Shown in pieces: positions 40,208 through 50,516 of a stretch of DNA of 64,000 bases. The position numbers and the translations under genes were made by a program. Position 1 is the stretch's first letter. Each line of letters starts with the position of its first letter. Below the pieces are notes generated by a model that saw nothing but the letters and a program-made list of their open reading frames with translations, had not been told where the DNA came from and searched no databases. The DNA is from Thermoplasmatota archaeon (lineage in GTDB: Archaea > Thermoplasmatota > E2 > JACPAO01 > JAHFTW01), in the NCBI GenBank assembly GCA_041601615.1, contig JBFIHX010000001.1, forward strand, positions 1-64,000, read 5' to 3'.

Positions 40208-40968
40208 AACCCATGACAACCCTACTCAAACTCGGAGGAGCTGTCTGCACAGCTCCCGCAACCCTCGACGAACTCGCAGACGCCTGGATCAAACGCGCCA
40301 GACCCACCACCACATGGATCGTAGTGCACGGAGGCGGACCCCAACTCGACGCAGCACTCATCGCCGTCGACGGCCCGCCCGTCAAGGTTGACGGCTTGCG
40401 CATCACGTCCGAAAAGGCCGCCGGCATCGTCCAGCAGGTGCTCGACAACATCGGGCGCGAAATGACCACGGGACTGGCCGCGCGCGGCGTACCCGTACAG
40501 CACATCGCCAGCACTCAAAAGCGCCTGCACGCCGTCATCAAAGACAGCCGCATTCCCCTCGGCCGCGTCGGATCCGCCACGCACTTTGACACCAAGGACT
40601 TGCCCAACGGCATCCTCGTCGTCAGCCCCGTGGGTTTCGACGCCATGGGCCCCCTCAACGTCAACGCAGATGAAGCCGCCCTCGCCGTGGCCCGCTCGCT
40701 CGGCGTTGACCGGCTGGTATTGGCCACTGACGTGCCGCATGTGCGCGACGCAGAAGGCAAACCAGTCGCAACCACAGACGTAGCCGGCGTGCATAAATTG
40801 CTTTCCAGCGGAGCAGCCAACGGAGGCATGGTGCCCAAACTCCACAACGCGCTCCAAGCCGTCGAATCAGGCGTCTACGAAGCGATTATCGGAACGCTCG
40901 CCGCTGCATGGGATGGGTCCGGAACCCACATTTTCGCCGCCACCCCCACCCCCAAGGTGCACGCATGA
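40204..40968 (+). CDS. argB: Acetylglutamate kinase
   Basis: LKLGG, VVHGGGPQ, GLRIT, NVNADEAA, GGMVPK. Confidence 0.92.
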   Translation: MKPMTTLLKLGGAVCTAPATLDELADAWIKRARPTTTWIVVHGGGPQLDAALIAVDGPPVKVDGLRITSEKAAGIVQQVLDNIGREMTTGLAARGVPVQHIASTQKRLHAVIKDSRIPLGRVGSATHFDTKDLPNGILVVSPVGFDAMGPLNVNADEAALAVARSLGVDRLVLATDVPHVRDAEGKPVATTDVAGVHKLLSSGAANGGMVPKLHNALQAVESGVYEAIIGTLAAAWDGSGTHIFAATPTPKVHA

Positions 40969-42143
40969 GCCTTGGCTGGAACGACGTCATGGCCCCCAAC
41001 TACGGCACACCCGCCATTACGCTTGCACGCGGCCAAGGCGCTATTGTCTGGGACGACAACGGCCGCAGCTACACCGACCTTCTCGCAGGCATCGCCGTCA
41101 ACATCCTAGGCCACGCCCATCCCGCCATCGTCGATGCTGTCCAAAACCAAATCGCAACACTCGGCCACATCAGCAACCTCTACGCTTCCGGGCCTGCCGT
41201 GACCCTTGCGGGTCGGCTCCAAGCCCTCTCGGGGGGCCACAAATCCATCCTTGTCAACTCCGGCACGGAAGCCAATGAAGCCGCCCTCAAAGCGATCCGC
41301 CGCCGCGCCCACGACCAAGGACGCACCAACGGCGTCGTCTTGGCGTTCCACAACAGCTTCCACGGCCGCACCCTCGGAGCCTTGGCACTGACAGGGCAAC
41401 CGAAGTACCAACTGGGCTTCGGACCGCTCCCAGGCAACGTCCTCCACGTCCCCTTCAACGACCCCGGCGCCCTCGAAGCAGCATTCGAAGCCCACGATGT
41501 CATCGGCGTCTTCATGGAATCCGTGCAAGGAGAAGGCGGCGTCGTGCCCATGACGCAAGCCACCGCAGACACCCTCGGTCGCCTCTGCGCCCAACACGAC
41601 GCCATGCTCGCCGTGGACGAAGTACAAACCGGCGTCGGACGCACGGGCCGATTCTTTGCCTTCGAACACTTGGGCCTCAAACCCGACATCATCACCCTCG
41701 CCAAAGGACTCGGCGGAGGAATGCCCCTCGGCGCCTGCCTGTTGTCGCCTACACTAGCCACCACTCTTGGTCCCGGCACCCACGGCACCACATTCGGCGG
41801 CAACCCCGTCGCAGCCGCCGCAGCCCTCTCAGTGCTCGACGTGGTCCAATCCGAAGAGCTCGTGCGCCAATCGGCACGCCTAGGCGGCCTCTGGGGCGAC
41901 GCACTGGACGACGCGGGCCTCGCCCACCGTGGACTCGGGCTCTTGCAAGGTGTTCCCGGGCTCGACGCGGCAAAGGTGCGCTCTGCCATGGCTGACGCCG
42001 GTTTCCTCGTAGGAATGGCCGGGCCGAACGTAGTGCGCGTAACGCCGCCACTCATCATCTCGGAAGAATCGCTGCTTTCCGCCGTGGCTCCCCTGGCAGC
42101 CGCCGCCTCGGCCGGCTCGCTCGTTTCCGCTACGGCCGGATGA
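40965..42143 (+). CDS. argD: Acetylornithine aminotransferase
   Basis: NSGTEANE, SFHGRT, DEVQTGVGRTG, AKGLGGG, HGTTFGGN. Confidence 0.95.
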   Translation: MSLGWNDVMAPNYGTPAITLARGQGAIVWDDNGRSYTDLLAGIAVNILGHAHPAIVDAVQNQIATLGHISNLYASGPAVTLAGRLQALSGGHKSILVNSGTEANEAALKAIRRRAHDQGRTNGVVLAFHNSFHGRTLGALALTGQPKYQLGFGPLPGNVLHVPFNDPGALEAAFEAHDVIGVFMESVQGEGGVVPMTQATADTLGRLCAQHDAMLAVDEVQTGVGRTGRFFAFEHLGLKPDIITLAKGLGGGMPLGACLLSPTLATTLGPGTHGTTFGGNPVAAAAALSVLDVVQSEELVRQSARLGGLWGDALDDAGLAHRGLGLLQGVPGLDAAKVRSAMADAGFLVGMAGPNVVRVTPPLIISEESLLSAVAPLAAAASAGSLVSATAG

Positions 42144-42792
42144 GGTGGTTCAAGACCTCAAAAGCCGCAAACAAATCCGCCTCGTCCAACACGAACATGT
42201 TGTCCTTGTGGCAGCTGACCACCTCGACGAAATTGATGCCCTGGCTCGCGAGGCTGCTGGCAATGAATGCCAAAATGCCCGGCACCTCTTCGACCACTTC
42301 GGGTGTCCGCAGGTTCACCTCCACGAGGCCTCCCTGCTCCTTGAGAATGTCTTCCGGCTCCAGCATCGCCTCCAACTCCTTGCTCAATGCCTCGTCGGCA
42401 ATGAGCGTCACCGCCTCCGAGCCATGCAGCAAATGGACCTGGTTGCTCTGGCCTTGCATTTTGGGTAGAGCCTTTTCGAGGCGCGCAAACAGCTTCCACG
42501 ATGGCCGAAGCGTCCACACCGCCACGCGGGTTCGAACCTCCAACTTCGACTTATCCAAGACCCGGCGAATCGCATCCTGGTACCCCGACGAATCCGCCGT
42601 CCCCGAATAGCGCCGACACGCCACCAAAATTGCTTCTTCCTGCTTCAATCCCGTTTCGTCCTGGATGCGTCGACTCAGAGCGCTCAAGTTCACGATGCCC
42701 ATGGACAATGCGTCTCGGACGACGGGGCGCCGGTCAATGTAGGCGCGAACCGTTCCGGCGACACTGGACTTCTGCACAACTGGGCGTGCCAT
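42130..42792 (-). CDS. ACT-domain regulatory protein (archaeal family)
   Basis: GIVNLSALSR N-terminal helical domain plus PGILAFI...GINFVEVVSC ACT domain. Confidence 0.8.
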   Translation of the reverse strand: MARPVVQKSSVAGTVRAYIDRRPVVRDALSMGIVNLSALSRRIQDETGLKQEEAILVACRRYSGTADSSGYQDAIRRVLDKSKLEVRTRVAVWTLRPSWKLFARLEKALPKMQGQSNQVHLLHGSEAVTLIADEALSKELEAMLEPEDILKEQGGLVEVNLRTPEVVEEVPGILAFIASSLASQGINFVEVVSCHKDNMFVLDEADLFAAFEVLNHLIRP

Positions 42793-42905
42793 CGATTTCG
42801 GCAGCAGCTTTTCCCCCTTAAAATGTCGCAAATCGGACACAAGTGTCCAGGTCCGACCGAGTTCGGCCGATGCCCTTTCGTTCGGCACCTGCTCATGGAC
42901 ATTTC

Positions 42906-44153
42906 GTGCCCAACCACATCGTCCTCGCATACAGCGGCGGTCTCGACACAAGCGTCGCCGTCCACTGGCTCAAGCACCACCACGGAGCCAAAGTCACCGC
43001 CGTACTGATGGATCTTGGCCAACCCATTCCAAGCCTTGAGGACGCACGCCAGCGGGCCCTCTCCAACGGCGCCGAAGACTGCATCATCGTAGACGCCAAA
43101 CAAGAACTCGCAGAACGCTTCCTCGCCCCCGCGATCCACGCCAACGCCCTCTACGAAGGCGCCTACCCCCTGGCCACCGCGCTGGGACGCCCCCTCATCG
43201 CCGAAAAACTGGTCAGCGTCGCACTCGCCCTCGACGCCGACGCCGTCAGCCACGGCTGCACCGGCAAAGGCAACGACCAAGTCCGCATCGAAGCCGCCGT
43301 ACGCGCCCTCGCACCCCACCTGGAAGTGCTCGCCCCGCAACGCACCCACCCCATGACCCGCGACGAAGTGCTACGCTACGCCGCCACCCACGACCTCGCC
43401 CTGCCACCCATCAAAAACAGCCCCTACAGCGTCGACGAAAACCTCTGGGGCCGCAGCGTCGAAGGCCACGACATCGAAGACCCCGCAAGCGCCGTGCCCG
43501 AGGACGCCTACACCTGGACCACCAACCCCCACACCGCCCCCCAGACACCCCAGACCTTCACCCTGACCTTCGAGCACGGCCTGCCCGTCGCCCTCAACGG
43601 CCACGAAATGCCCCTGCACGAACTCATCGCACAACTCAACCCAATCGCAGGAGCCCACGGTGTTGGCCGCATCGACCACGTCGAAAACCGCCTCGTCGGC
43701 ATCAAAACCCGCGAGGTCTACGAAGCCCCCGCCGCCATCGCCATCATGGCCGCCAAGCACTCACTCGAAACCCTCTGCCTCACCCGCGACGAATCCCAAA
43801 TCAAGACCCAACTCGAGCAAAAATTCAGCGAAATGGTCTACGACGGCAAATTCTTCCACCCCGCCATGACCGCCATGCAGGCGTTCTTTGCCCAAGTGCA
43901 CAGCGTCACCAACGGCAGCGTCACCCTCCAGGCCTACAAAGGAAGCCTCACCATCATCAGCCGCAGCAGCAACGACTCCCTCCTGGACCCCGGCCTATCC
44001 ACGTACGCCGACGGCGACCAATTCCACCACCAAAGCAGCACCGGCTTCATCGACATCTGGACCCTCCCCCTCGCGGTGCTCGCCCGCAAACGCGGCGCCC
44101 CCGTCGACATCAAGCCCATCAAGGCCCAAGCCAAACCCCCGGTGAGCAAGTGA
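42906..44153 (+). CDS. argG: Argininosuccinate synthase
   Basis: LAYSGGLDTS, HGCTGKGNDQVR, SVDENLWG, ENRLVGIK. Confidence 0.97.
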   Translation: MPNHIVLAYSGGLDTSVAVHWLKHHHGAKVTAVLMDLGQPIPSLEDARQRALSNGAEDCIIVDAKQELAERFLAPAIHANALYEGAYPLATALGRPLIAEKLVSVALALDADAVSHGCTGKGNDQVRIEAAVRALAPHLEVLAPQRTHPMTRDEVLRYAATHDLALPPIKNSPYSVDENLWGRSVEGHDIEDPASAVPEDAYTWTTNPHTAPQTPQTFTLTFEHGLPVALNGHEMPLHELIAQLNPIAGAHGVGRIDHVENRLVGIKTREVYEAPAAIAIMAAKHSLETLCLTRDESQIKTQLEQKFSEMVYDGKFFHPAMTAMQAFFAQVHSVTNGSVTLQAYKGSLTIISRSSNDSLLDPGLSTYADGDQFHHQSSTGFIDIWTLPLAVLARKRGAPVDIKPIKAQAKPPVSK

Positions 44154-45616
44154 GCACCCCCGTCTGGAGCGCCCGCACCGGCACCAACCACATCTCCGGC
44201 ATCAGCGGCGGCGCCTTCTCCGCGTACGGCGAAAGCACCACCGAAGACGCAGGATTCGTCAGCGTCGACGCCCAAGGCAGCATCGCCCACGTCATGGGCC
44301 TCCACCACGCAGGCCTCCTCGACGCAAGCGACGCCGCCGCCCTCATCCAAGGCCTCCAAGAACTCGCCCAAGGCCACGCCAACGGCGCCTGGAGCCTCGA
44401 CCCCGCCCTCGAAGACGTCCACATGAACCTCGAAGCGGCCCTCACCGAAGCCCTCGGAGAAACCGGCAAACGCCTCCACACAGGCCGCAGCCGCAACGAC
44501 CAGGTCGCCACCTGCCTCGTCCTGCACGCCCGCGCCGGACTCGCAACCCTCGCCGGACTCGCCCACCAAGTCTCCAGCGCCCTCCTGGACCTCGCCGCCG
44601 CCCACATCGAGACTCCATGGGTCGCCCGCACCCACGCACAACCCGCACAACCCGCCACCCTAGGCTTCCTGCTGCACGCCCACGCCACGCGCTTCTCAGA
44701 CCTAGCAGCAACGGCACTCCAATCATTCGAAGCCATCAACGAGAGCCCCCTCGGTTGCGGCGCCGTCGCCGGCAGCACCCTGCCCCTGGACCCCGCCTTT
44801 ACTGCCGGCCTCATGGGCCTCAAACCCCCCCGCAACGCCATCCTCGCAACCGGCAGCCGCCCCACCGTCGTCGCAGCCACCAACACCGCAGCCGCCGTCG
44901 GACTCGCCACCGCAAGCCTCGCCCAGGACCTCATGGACCTCTTTGGCCAGAAATTCCTCCTGCTTGCCCCCGGACACACCACCGGCAGCAGCCTCATGCC
45001 CCAGAAGCGCAACCCCGACGCACTAGAACTCCTGCGCGGCACCGGCAAAGCCCTCACGCAAGCCCCCGCACAAGCCATGGGCCTCATCGCCGGACTCGGA
45101 CTCGGCTACCAACGCGACCTGCAAGCCACCAAACCCCTACAAGCCCAAGCACTCACCAGCGCCACCGAGACCCTCACCGTCCTCTTGGAAGTCGTAAACG
45201 GCGCCCACTTCGACGTAGACCGCCTCACCACAAGCCTCGACGCCCCCGGCATCACCGCCACCGACATGGCCGAAGCACTCGTGGCCCACGGCAAACCATT
45301 CCGCGACGCCTACAACGCACTCGCCCAAACCTTCCTCTCCGTCGAACACGGCGTGCCCCTCGCCAACGCGCTGGCCCAATCAGGCCTGGCGCCGGCAGAA
45401 GTCCAAATCGCCCTCGAAGCCGCAACCCCAGACCCCGCCCGCCGCACCACCCTCGCAGGCCCAGCTCCCGTGCGCGTCCAAGAAGCAATCGCCGGACTGC
45501 AAAACGTCCTCGCCGTCCAAGCCGCACCCCTCGCCGTCGCCCTCGACGCCGTCACCATCCCCGAGAGCCTGCTCCTGGCACCGCCCAACACCCTTCTTGG
45601 ACCGGTGGTCGCTTGA
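44150..45616 (+). CDS. argH: Argininosuccinate lyase
   Basis: EDVH, LHTGRSRNDQV, GSSLMPQKRNPD. Confidence 0.95.
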   Translation: MSTPVWSARTGTNHISGISGGAFSAYGESTTEDAGFVSVDAQGSIAHVMGLHHAGLLDASDAAALIQGLQELAQGHANGAWSLDPALEDVHMNLEAALTEALGETGKRLHTGRSRNDQVATCLVLHARAGLATLAGLAHQVSSALLDLAAAHIETPWVARTHAQPAQPATLGFLLHAHATRFSDLAATALQSFEAINESPLGCGAVAGSTLPLDPAFTAGLMGLKPPRNAILATGSRPTVVAATNTAAAVGLATASLAQDLMDLFGQKFLLLAPGHTTGSSLMPQKRNPDALELLRGTGKALTQAPAQAMGLIAGLGLGYQRDLQATKPLQAQALTSATETLTVLLEVVNGAHFDVDRLTTSLDAPGITATDMAEALVAHGKPFRDAYNALAQTFLSVEHGVPLANALAQSGLAPAEVQIALEAATPDPARRTTLAGPAPVRVQEAIAGLQNVLAVQAAPLAVALDAVTIPESLLLAPPNTLLGPVVA

Positions 45617-46578
45617 CCCTCTCGCGCCGCACCGCCGCCGGGCTCCAAACCCTCCCACCCCGGCCCCAACACGTCCTCGGCATGGGAGACCTCGAAGGCC
45701 ACGTCCACGCCATCCTCGAAACCGCCCACAAACTCAAAGCCCAATCCGCCGCCGGAAACCTCCCCAAACTCCTGGCAGGCAAAACCGTGCTCGTCATCTT
45801 TGAACGCAACAGCACCCGCACCCGTGTCAGCTTCGAAGTGGGCATCCAAAAACTCGGAGGCATCGTCAGCATCCTCGACGCCGCCACCAGCCAACTTGGC
45901 CGCGGCGAAAGCATCGAAGACACAGCCCAAGTGCTAAGCCGCTACGCCGACGCTATCGTCTACCGCGCAAGCAGCCACGACAACGCCACCGAAATGGCAC
46001 GCCACGCCACCATCCCCGTCGTCAGCGCACTCACCGACCTCGAACACCCCTGCCAAATCCTCGCCGACTGGATGACCCTCGAAGAACACCTCGGCCCCCT
46101 ATCGGGCAAGACGTTCACCTACATCGGCGACGGCAACAACATGTGCCACAGCTACCTCCTCGGCGCCCCCCTCGTCGGCATGGATGTGCGCATCGCCTGC
46201 CCCGCCGGCTACGGACCCAAATGGAGCGTCGTCGAACAAGCCGAAGCCCTCGCCACCCGCGCCGGCACCGACGTCCTGCTGACCCAAGACCCCACGGAAG
46301 CCGTCCAAGGCAGCCACGCCATCGCCACCGACACCTGGATCAGCATGGGCAACGAAGCCGAAGAAAAACAACGCCTCGCCGACTTTGCAGGCTTCTGCGT
46401 CGACGACGCACTCATGGAGCAAGCAGCGCCCGGCAGCAAGTTCCTGCACTGCCTCCCCGGCCACTGGGGCCACGAAGCCACCCACGAACTCGCCCACGGC
46501 CCCCGCAGCGTCATCTACGACCAAGCCGAAAATCGCATGTGGGCACAAATGGCGCTGCTGGTGCACCTGCTAGGCTAG
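45613..46578 (+). CDS. argF: Ornithine carbamoyltransferase
   Basis: STRTR, HPCQ, GDGNN, DTWISMG, HCLP. The TTG overlaps the argH stop. Confidence 0.96.
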   Translation: MTLSRRTAAGLQTLPPRPQHVLGMGDLEGHVHAILETAHKLKAQSAAGNLPKLLAGKTVLVIFERNSTRTRVSFEVGIQKLGGIVSILDAATSQLGRGESIEDTAQVLSRYADAIVYRASSHDNATEMARHATIPVVSALTDLEHPCQILADWMTLEEHLGPLSGKTFTYIGDGNNMCHSYLLGAPLVGMDVRIACPAGYGPKWSVVEQAEALATRAGTDVLLTQDPTEAVQGSHAIATDTWISMGNEAEEKQRLADFAGFCVDDALMEQAAPGSKFLHCLPGHWGHEATHELAHGPRSVIYDQAENRMWAQMALLVHLLG

Positions 46579-47249
46579 ACGCGCCTGGCCTCAGGCAGGG
46601 CCGGCATGACGATCAGGTCCTGCTCGAAGCTGTCGGCGGAGGGCGCGGCCAGCACGTGCCAACACACAATCGAAGCCACGGCCCCGATCAGGACAAGAGG
46701 CAACGAGAACCGATACAGCATGCTCTCTATGGCACTGCCGTGGGGTCGAACGAATTCCATCAGGAATGCCGACGCCAGCATAACGGCACCTGCGGCCGTG
46801 ACCCGACCATAGATGAGAGCGGCTTGGGCCCAGCGACGCTTTCTGGCTTCGGTGAAGAACGCCGGAGCCAAGATCGTGGTCCCTTCGTCCGTGACCCAAC
46901 CATAGAAGCGAGCTGCTTGGGTCCAGCGATGCTGTCCACGCCGAGCATGGCCTTCACCGATCGCTGCGAACATCGTGCCCAGGCTGAGCGCGGCAAGGAT
47001 CGAGGCGACGCCCATCCACGTCATATCACCCCCCAAGACAATCCAGAACCCTAGGCCGACGAGGGCCGCAAAGGCCGGAGCAGCAAACCCTCCGACGAGA
47101 AACGCGATGCTTTGTTTGGAGGCACGCCAAGCCCCGATGGCCACCAGGACCGTGCCCACTCCAAGGGGAACCAAGGCCAAGACGAATGCAAGTGGGGAAA
47201 GAATCATCAGTGTGGCGCCCCAAGCGATGCGGCGCAATCCCGATCCCAT
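46575..47249 (-). CDS. Multi-TM membrane protein with internal 31-aa duplication
   Basis: Hydrophobic ORF; RWTQAARFYGWVT / RWAQAALIYGRVT repeat. Confidence 0.6.
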   Translation of the reverse strand: MGSGLRRIAWGATLMILSPLAFVLALVPLGVGTVLVAIGAWRASKQSIAFLVGGFAAPAFAALVGLGFWIVLGGDMTWMGVASILAALSLGTMFAAIGEGHARRGQHRWTQAARFYGWVTDEGTTILAPAFFTEARKRRWAQAALIYGRVTAAGAVMLASAFLMEFVRPHGSAIESMLYRFSLPLVLIGAVASIVCWHVLAAPSADSFEQDLIVMPALPEARRV

Positions 47250-47348
47250 GCCGGGCGAAACCTTGTAGGGTTCATAATCGACACCAAGGCCCAAGGGGGA
47301 CGGACGTGCCTGGCAACACTCTTAGCACGCCGCAACGTCGTCCGCGTC

Positions 47349-47969
47349 GTGGAGGTGCGTGACCTGGGTGTCATGGACTACGGGTCGTGCTTGGAGCTCC
47401 AGCGGCACCTCTTGGCCCAAGTCCAAGCAGGCACCGCCCCCGACACCATCCTCGTCGTCGAACACCCGTTCGTTGCTACCCTAGGCCGCCGCGGCGAGCC
47501 CAGCGATGTGTTCGATCCAAGCTTGCCCGTGTACACCATCGAGCGCGGCGGCAAAGCGACCCTCCACGGCCCCGGCCAACTTGTCATCTACCCCATCGTG
47601 CACCTTGGGGAAGGCAACCGCGACGTGCGCGCCTGGGTGCGACACCTGGAAGGGTTCCTGCATGCAATGCTTGGTGAATTTGGCATCCAAACGCACACCC
47701 GCGAGGACCTGCCGGGAGTCTGGACCGATGCGAGCCAAAAGAAAATCGCCAGCATCGGCATCGCCGTGCAGCGCTGGGTCAGCTTCCACGGAATCGCCGT
47801 GAATGTGACGCTGGCGCCCAAGGAGTTTGAGCGGTTGGATCCTTGTGGGTTAGGGGCGGCGGTGATGACCAATATGGAGCTGGAAGGAGCAGGGGTCGGG
47901 ATGGAGGCCGTGAAGAACTGGGTGCTGGAGCAAGCCGAGGAGCACTTTGAAGGGTTTGCAAAGACGTGA
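47349..47969 (+). CDS. lipB: Lipoyl(octanoyl) transferase
   Basis: EHP..TLG, RGGKATLHGPGQLVIYP, KIASIG, FHGIA, PCG. Confidence 0.95.
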   Translation: MEVRDLGVMDYGSCLELQRHLLAQVQAGTAPDTILVVEHPFVATLGRRGEPSDVFDPSLPVYTIERGGKATLHGPGQLVIYPIVHLGEGNRDVRAWVRHLEGFLHAMLGEFGIQTHTREDLPGVWTDASQKKIASIGIAVQRWVSFHGIAVNVTLAPKEFERLDPCGLGAAVMTNMELEGAGVGMEAVKNWVLEQAEEHFEGFAKT

Positions 47970-48095
47970 ACCATTTTCGTTGAAGCGCGAAATCGCGATT
48001 GATTGCGACTACGGCACAAAGACGAGAGGGTTCCTACAGCCCCATGGCGAACGGGCCCCGGAATGAGGGGTGGCATACCGCTCAGAGCCTCAGAA

Positions 48096-48878
48096 CTACG
48101 CCACAAGCGTCACAGGCATCCCCGGCGCGCTGTGCGTCGACAAGCCGGGCCCAGGGGGCTGTAGGAAGCCAGAAACCTCTGCCGTCCCCGCCCCAAACTG
48201 CCAATGCGTATGCTCGCTGATGTGCAGATCCAACCTACCCACCACCTCGCGGTCCTCAACCACGAACAGCGGCAACATCTCCTGTGGCGTCGCGGCGGCC
48301 AAGCGGGGGGAAGTGCCCTCCACGGTTACACTGAAGCCCAGTGCCTGCGCGGACATCGAGGACGACATTGTCGCGGCCGTGCCCACGAGAATCGGCTCCT
48401 GGACCACGTCTCCTGCCAGAAACGGGATGCCTGCCAACGCAAACCACTGCTCCAACAAGGCCCCCTTGACTACGGGAGCGCCGGCAACTGCGTGGTACGT
48501 GGCATTTGCAACCCGTTCATCCTGGGGCGGAACGGCAGGAAACCAGGGCACCAAGAACGAGACCTGTGGTTCCTCGCAAAAGAACGCCACAAACAAGAGC
48601 GTCGCCGACGCCCCCGTAGGGTCTGCATCAGCATAAACATCGGGCGGCAGAGGAGGCATCAGCCCAAAACCATCCGGGACGTAGGGTGCGGCTTGGGCCG
48701 CCGTCACCGGAAAAATCCCAATTTGCTCGCGGCAATCCGACAACATCAGCGGCTCCAGCGGGGCAGGCGTAGGTGCGCCAGGCTCTGTATCCATGCCACC
48801 CACGTCGCTAGAAGGAGACAAGCATCCGGCTAGCAGCGGCGGGAGCAACAAGGCGAGGACGACCCATCGAGTGGCCAT
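48096..48878 (-). CDS. Hypothetical lipoprotein
   Basis: Lipobox LLAGCL. Confidence 0.7.
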   Translation of the reverse strand: MATRWVVLALLLPPLLAGCLSPSSDVGGMDTEPGAPTPAPLEPLMLSDCREQIGIFPVTAAQAAPYVPDGFGLMPPLPPDVYADADPTGASATLLFVAFFCEEPQVSFLVPWFPAVPPQDERVANATYHAVAGAPVVKGALLEQWFALAGIPFLAGDVVQEPILVGTAATMSSSMSAQALGFSVTVEGTSPRLAAATPQEMLPLFVVEDREVVGRLDLHISEHTHWQFGAGTAEVSGFLQPPGPGLSTHSAPGMPVTLVA

Positions 48879-48947
48879 GAGCAACCCCGATGGTTGGGCG
48901 GGCATGATGAGCCTATCCTCTCTGGGGTGCCGGGCAAAGGAATCGGT

Positions 48948-49373
48948 TCATTCCTCCTGCCGAGGCCACTGTCAGGCGTTTCGGATGATCAGCATGAGAA
49001 GCACGACCTCCACCCCAGCACCATACCAATAGGGAAGCGGCCACTCCTCTCCAATCACGTTTACAAGCGAATACGGGACATACAGCGCGGCCACAACGAG
49101 GTTTGCCCAGCGATTGATGTTCGCCGGCATGACCACAGAGAGAAAAATCATCAAGGCCGGAATTGACACGGTTACGAGCCCCGCTAACACAAATCCTTGG
49201 GTGATTTCAAAAACGAATACTCTGCCATCCATCAGGTCTTCGAGCACGCCTGGCATATAGAGATGGAAATAGTCAACATGGATGTACAGAAGCATAAATG
49301 ACGCTCAAGCGGCCGCCAACTTTTGCTTCACATTGACCTTGACATCCTCTAACGCCGCTTGGCGGACTTTCAT
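48948..49373 (-). pseudogene. DUF6326-like membrane protein with two in-frame TGA codons
   Basis: One frame reads MKVRQAALEDVKVNVKQKLAAA*ASFMLLYIHVDYFHLYMPG...IIRNA*QWPRQEE. TGA codons at 49305-49307 and 48972-48974. Confidence 0.75.
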
Positions 49374-49504
49374 GACTTGTGCCCTGCAGCTTGAAAGTAT
49401 AAACCTGGCGCCAAAGGTCAACCGCCGGCCGAAAGGCAGCGCAGACAAGTGCCTAATTCGGAGGCCGTGGTCATCGTGTCGGATTTCTGTTGGGGGCTTG
49501 GTTT

Positions 49505-49570
49505 CGTCCGATGAACTGTGTGCGGCGGGCTGCGTGGGTAGCAAGGAGTGGTTTGGGTGGATTGTTATCC
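49505..49570 (-). repeat. Highly degenerate attC site 7
   Basis: TGAACTG...GGAGTGGTTTGGGTGGATTGTTATCC aligns to the family consensus. Its GTTATCCTG pairs with CAGGAT at 50515-50520. Confidence 0.5.
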
Positions 49571-49619
49571 TGAGGACGGCCTGCAAATGTGCGTCTCCGA
49601 AGCGCGACTATTCGCCCCC

Positions 49620-49920
49620 CCCCGGTACAGGTCGGAAGTGTCATTTCCTCCACGGGTAAGATCCAGAAGGTGTCTTTGTTCATACGGAAGATGCTGTGGT
49701 CTACCAGAAAATAGTCGCCAGGAACTTCCTCTTCAATCGCAACGATGGGCGGCCTGCCGCCGGGAATGGGGGTGGTTTGGACGTTCTCATGCGACGTGCT
49801 CTCCAGGCCCCCTTACTTCCAAACACGGTCGAAGATTTCCCCATTGATGTTGAAGCTACTGAAGAGATTGGGACCGCCGTTTCCGACGAAGATGCGCACG
49901 GTGTCGCCGACCTCCGCTCG
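49620..49920 (-). pseudogene. nirK: Copper nitrite reductase C-terminal fragment
   Basis: Hand translation: [35 protein letters not shown]...ENVQTT...EVPGDYFLVDHSIFR. Stop at 49813-49815. Confidence 0.85.
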
Positions 49921-49964
49921 CCCCCCTCCGGCATGGTTATCGATTGCGTGGGGACTCCTCCTGC

Positions 49965-50441
49965 GTGAAGCGGCACCCGGCGTTTCAAGACCTCAGCCGC
50001 GACCACTTCACGGCGCTCCTGGCTTGCCTAAACGTCCGACGCGCCACCGAGGGACATCCATCCGCTCCAACACCAGAGGCGGCAATCGCTCAGTTCGGGC
50101 AACTTTGGCGCAATGAACTAACACATCATTTCGACGAAGAAGACGCCAACATTCAACCCGTCCTAGCTGCGAAAAAAGCCCACACCCAACTGGCTACACT
50201 ACGCCTTGATCACAAGGAGATTCGGGCCGCCATGGAAGCGCTCCACGCCAAAGATCCGGCCCCCACTTGGGCTGTAGCTGCAGAACGCCTACGCGCCCAC
50301 ATCCGGTGGGAAGAAGACGTACTATTCCCTTGGATGCAGGACCACCTCACCGATGAGGAATTGGAACGCATGTTGGCAGCCAGCATCGCCTTTCGCACCA
50401 AAGTTCGAGGGCCAGATTCGGTGAAACCACCAAGGCCCTAG
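49965..50441 (+). CDS. Hemerythrin (HHE) domain protein
   Basis: KRHP....[24 protein letters not shown]. Confidence 0.88.
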   Translation: MKRHPAFQDLSRDHFTALLACLNVRRATEGHPSAPTPEAAIAQFGQLWRNELTHHFDEEDANIQPVLAAKKAHTQLATLRLDHKEIRAAMEALHAKDPAPTWAVAAERLRAHIRWEEDVLFPWMQDHLTDEELERMLAASIAFRTKVRGPDSVKPPRP

Positions 50442-50516
50442 TCCAAGGGATACGATTCGAGCTCCTAGAACCGCTAGGGCTCTGGCGTGGTGGACGGGCA
50501 ACTCTGGACGGTGGCA

